A DNA stretch of 62,953 nt, the filler included, from Choristocarpus tenellus KU-1152 (lineage: Eukaryota; Protista; Phaeophyceae): assembly GCA_964200185.2 (NCBI GenBank). It is 9 parts of 9 records of this genome, joined end to end, with 100 filler letters (N's around TTAATTAATTAA, not from the genome) between each part and the next. Parts side by side here need not be neighbours in the genome. Positions count along the whole stretch, not along the records: positions 57,374 to 62,953 come from CAXNAD020010356.1; 8 more parts are not named here. One strand, written 5' to 3'. Position 1 is the first letter of the stretch. Each line of letters begins with the position of its first letter. A program made the position numbers and the translations under genes. The notes under the pieces are model-generated. The model saw nothing but the letters and a program-made list of their open reading frames with translations. It did no database searches and was not told the origin of the DNA. Positions 61,591 to 62,953 of this stretch are shown here, in pieces.

Positions 61591-61761
61591 GACCCAAAGT
61601 ATCTGGGAGGGGGGGGGGGGTCTACCCCGGGGGGCCCTTTGGGCCCAAAAAAAGAAAAATGGTTTTACCGGTACCCACCCAACGCATCCACCCAAAAAAC
61701 GCGACATGAAAAAATTGACCCCAAATGGACAGCCACCACCCCCTCTCAGATACTTTGAGCC
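61591..61761. mobile_element. MITE family B copy inserted in a decayed ORF
   Basis: GACCCAAAGTATCTGGGAGGGG...CCTCTCAGATACTTTGAGCC with a duplicated (C)TTT(G) flank. Confidence 0.85.
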
Positions 61762-62953
61762 TTTGACTGTTCTCTTGACCATATTATCGTCCTTGGAGAT
61801 GATCGGGTCAGGGGTGAACTTATTAACTGGTGTGCTTAGCACTGTACTGAAGAAGATTTTGAATATTATGAGAGTAAGAACACACCCTTTCCTGTTGAAG
61901 GCCTTGTCCGACCTCAACCCAATCCGTTCACCCTCCATTATCCATGCATGCGCATCCCAGCAATTCTACGATGGTATTGACGGATGGCTGAGATCATCGT
62001 CTCAGGCACTTCAGGCTTGGCAAATGCAACCCAGAGGAGATGGCGGTCAACAGAGCCATTTACTTTCTGGAGGTCAATAATAGACATAACAAAGATACGT
62101 GTTTTTTCCGGCTGAGCTCTTGGATGGCACGAACGGTGTACACCATGTCCATGGTTGAGCCTCAGGGCTGGAAACCATCCGGATCCTCAAGGAGAGGTCC
62201 TCCCACTCCACGTAATCTCCCAGAGTCAATACAACTGAGAGGTAAAAAGGGTTTCATTTTGTACAATTGCAGAAACAACATTTCCTGAATTGTGGTGTAA
62301 ATTTTAGTGTGGAACTGGGGAATACCAATTAATGTACAATACTGTGTGTTGAACTGTCAGATAAAGACGATAGGCACTGGGCAAATATGAAATACAACAA
62401 TCCCCCCTTAAAAAAATGCAAAATACGTACTTGTCAATGTGCAACTCGAGTGAGAGATCTAGATTTAGACCTAGTCCGGTTATATCAAGACACACGTGTC
62501 CTGTGCATAGGTTGGAATGAATACTTCTTGTTCGTGGGGTTGAAAGCCATACTGTTTCTTTGCAATCGGAAAACGAAGGAAGCTTCCACGAGCAAGTGAG
62601 TAAGTGTGCTGTATAATTCCTCGAGAGATTTTATACCCTCAATTTGTCTTGCTTCATTTTTTCCCTACAGCTGAAGGACAGTATCTCGAGGTCTAGTATG
62701 CACAACTGAATACTTGGTGAATAATGCGTATAGATGTTCCCGACTCAGGTTACAAAGCCAGTAACGAGCACCAGTAGTGCTATGTACCCTGAATATATGA
62801 ACGTCCAAGAGATTATTATTAAGATATTACCTATAGTAGATCCATTTCCAAATGCGAAAGGGTGGGCATTTGCATTTACCGTCAGACCCCCCCCCCTCCC
62901 TTCTACCTGTAGGCTAGCAGGTTTTGGTCAGACGTAATGGAGGGAATGGTTAG

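Overview
Eukaryotic, intron-rich nuclear DNA, not prokaryotic. The window is nine short contigs joined by artificial 100-bp linkers (N44-TTAATTAATTAA-N44), so gene order across linkers is not biological. A thioredoxin with a signal peptide followed by an ASAFAP-type Ala-Phe motif points to an ochrophyte stramenopile (brown alga or relative; inference). By manual splicing I reconstruct four host genes: a 12-exon partial nardilysin/insulysin (M16A) gene; a THH1/TOM1/TOM3-like multi-pass membrane gene head-to-head with it; a plastid-type WCRAC thioredoxin; and a GT37-like fucosyltransferase whose donor-binding motifs all appear substituted. There are also exon fragments of two unknown genes. Mobile DNA includes a decayed CRE-type (RT plus RLE) non-LTR retrotransposon, a copia gag relic between perfect 30-bp direct repeats, a 66-bp-arm foldback, and two abundant MITE families sharing a G(A/G)NNNAAAGTATCT terminus with apparent 4-bp TSDs (Sola-like). 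The most unusual locus is a CpG-rich, spliced gene with a prokaryote/virus-type ParB/Srx N-terminal domain (DGNHR) downstream of a cluster of AAACCCTA motifs. All exon models and family calls come from reading motifs by eye; no database search was run.
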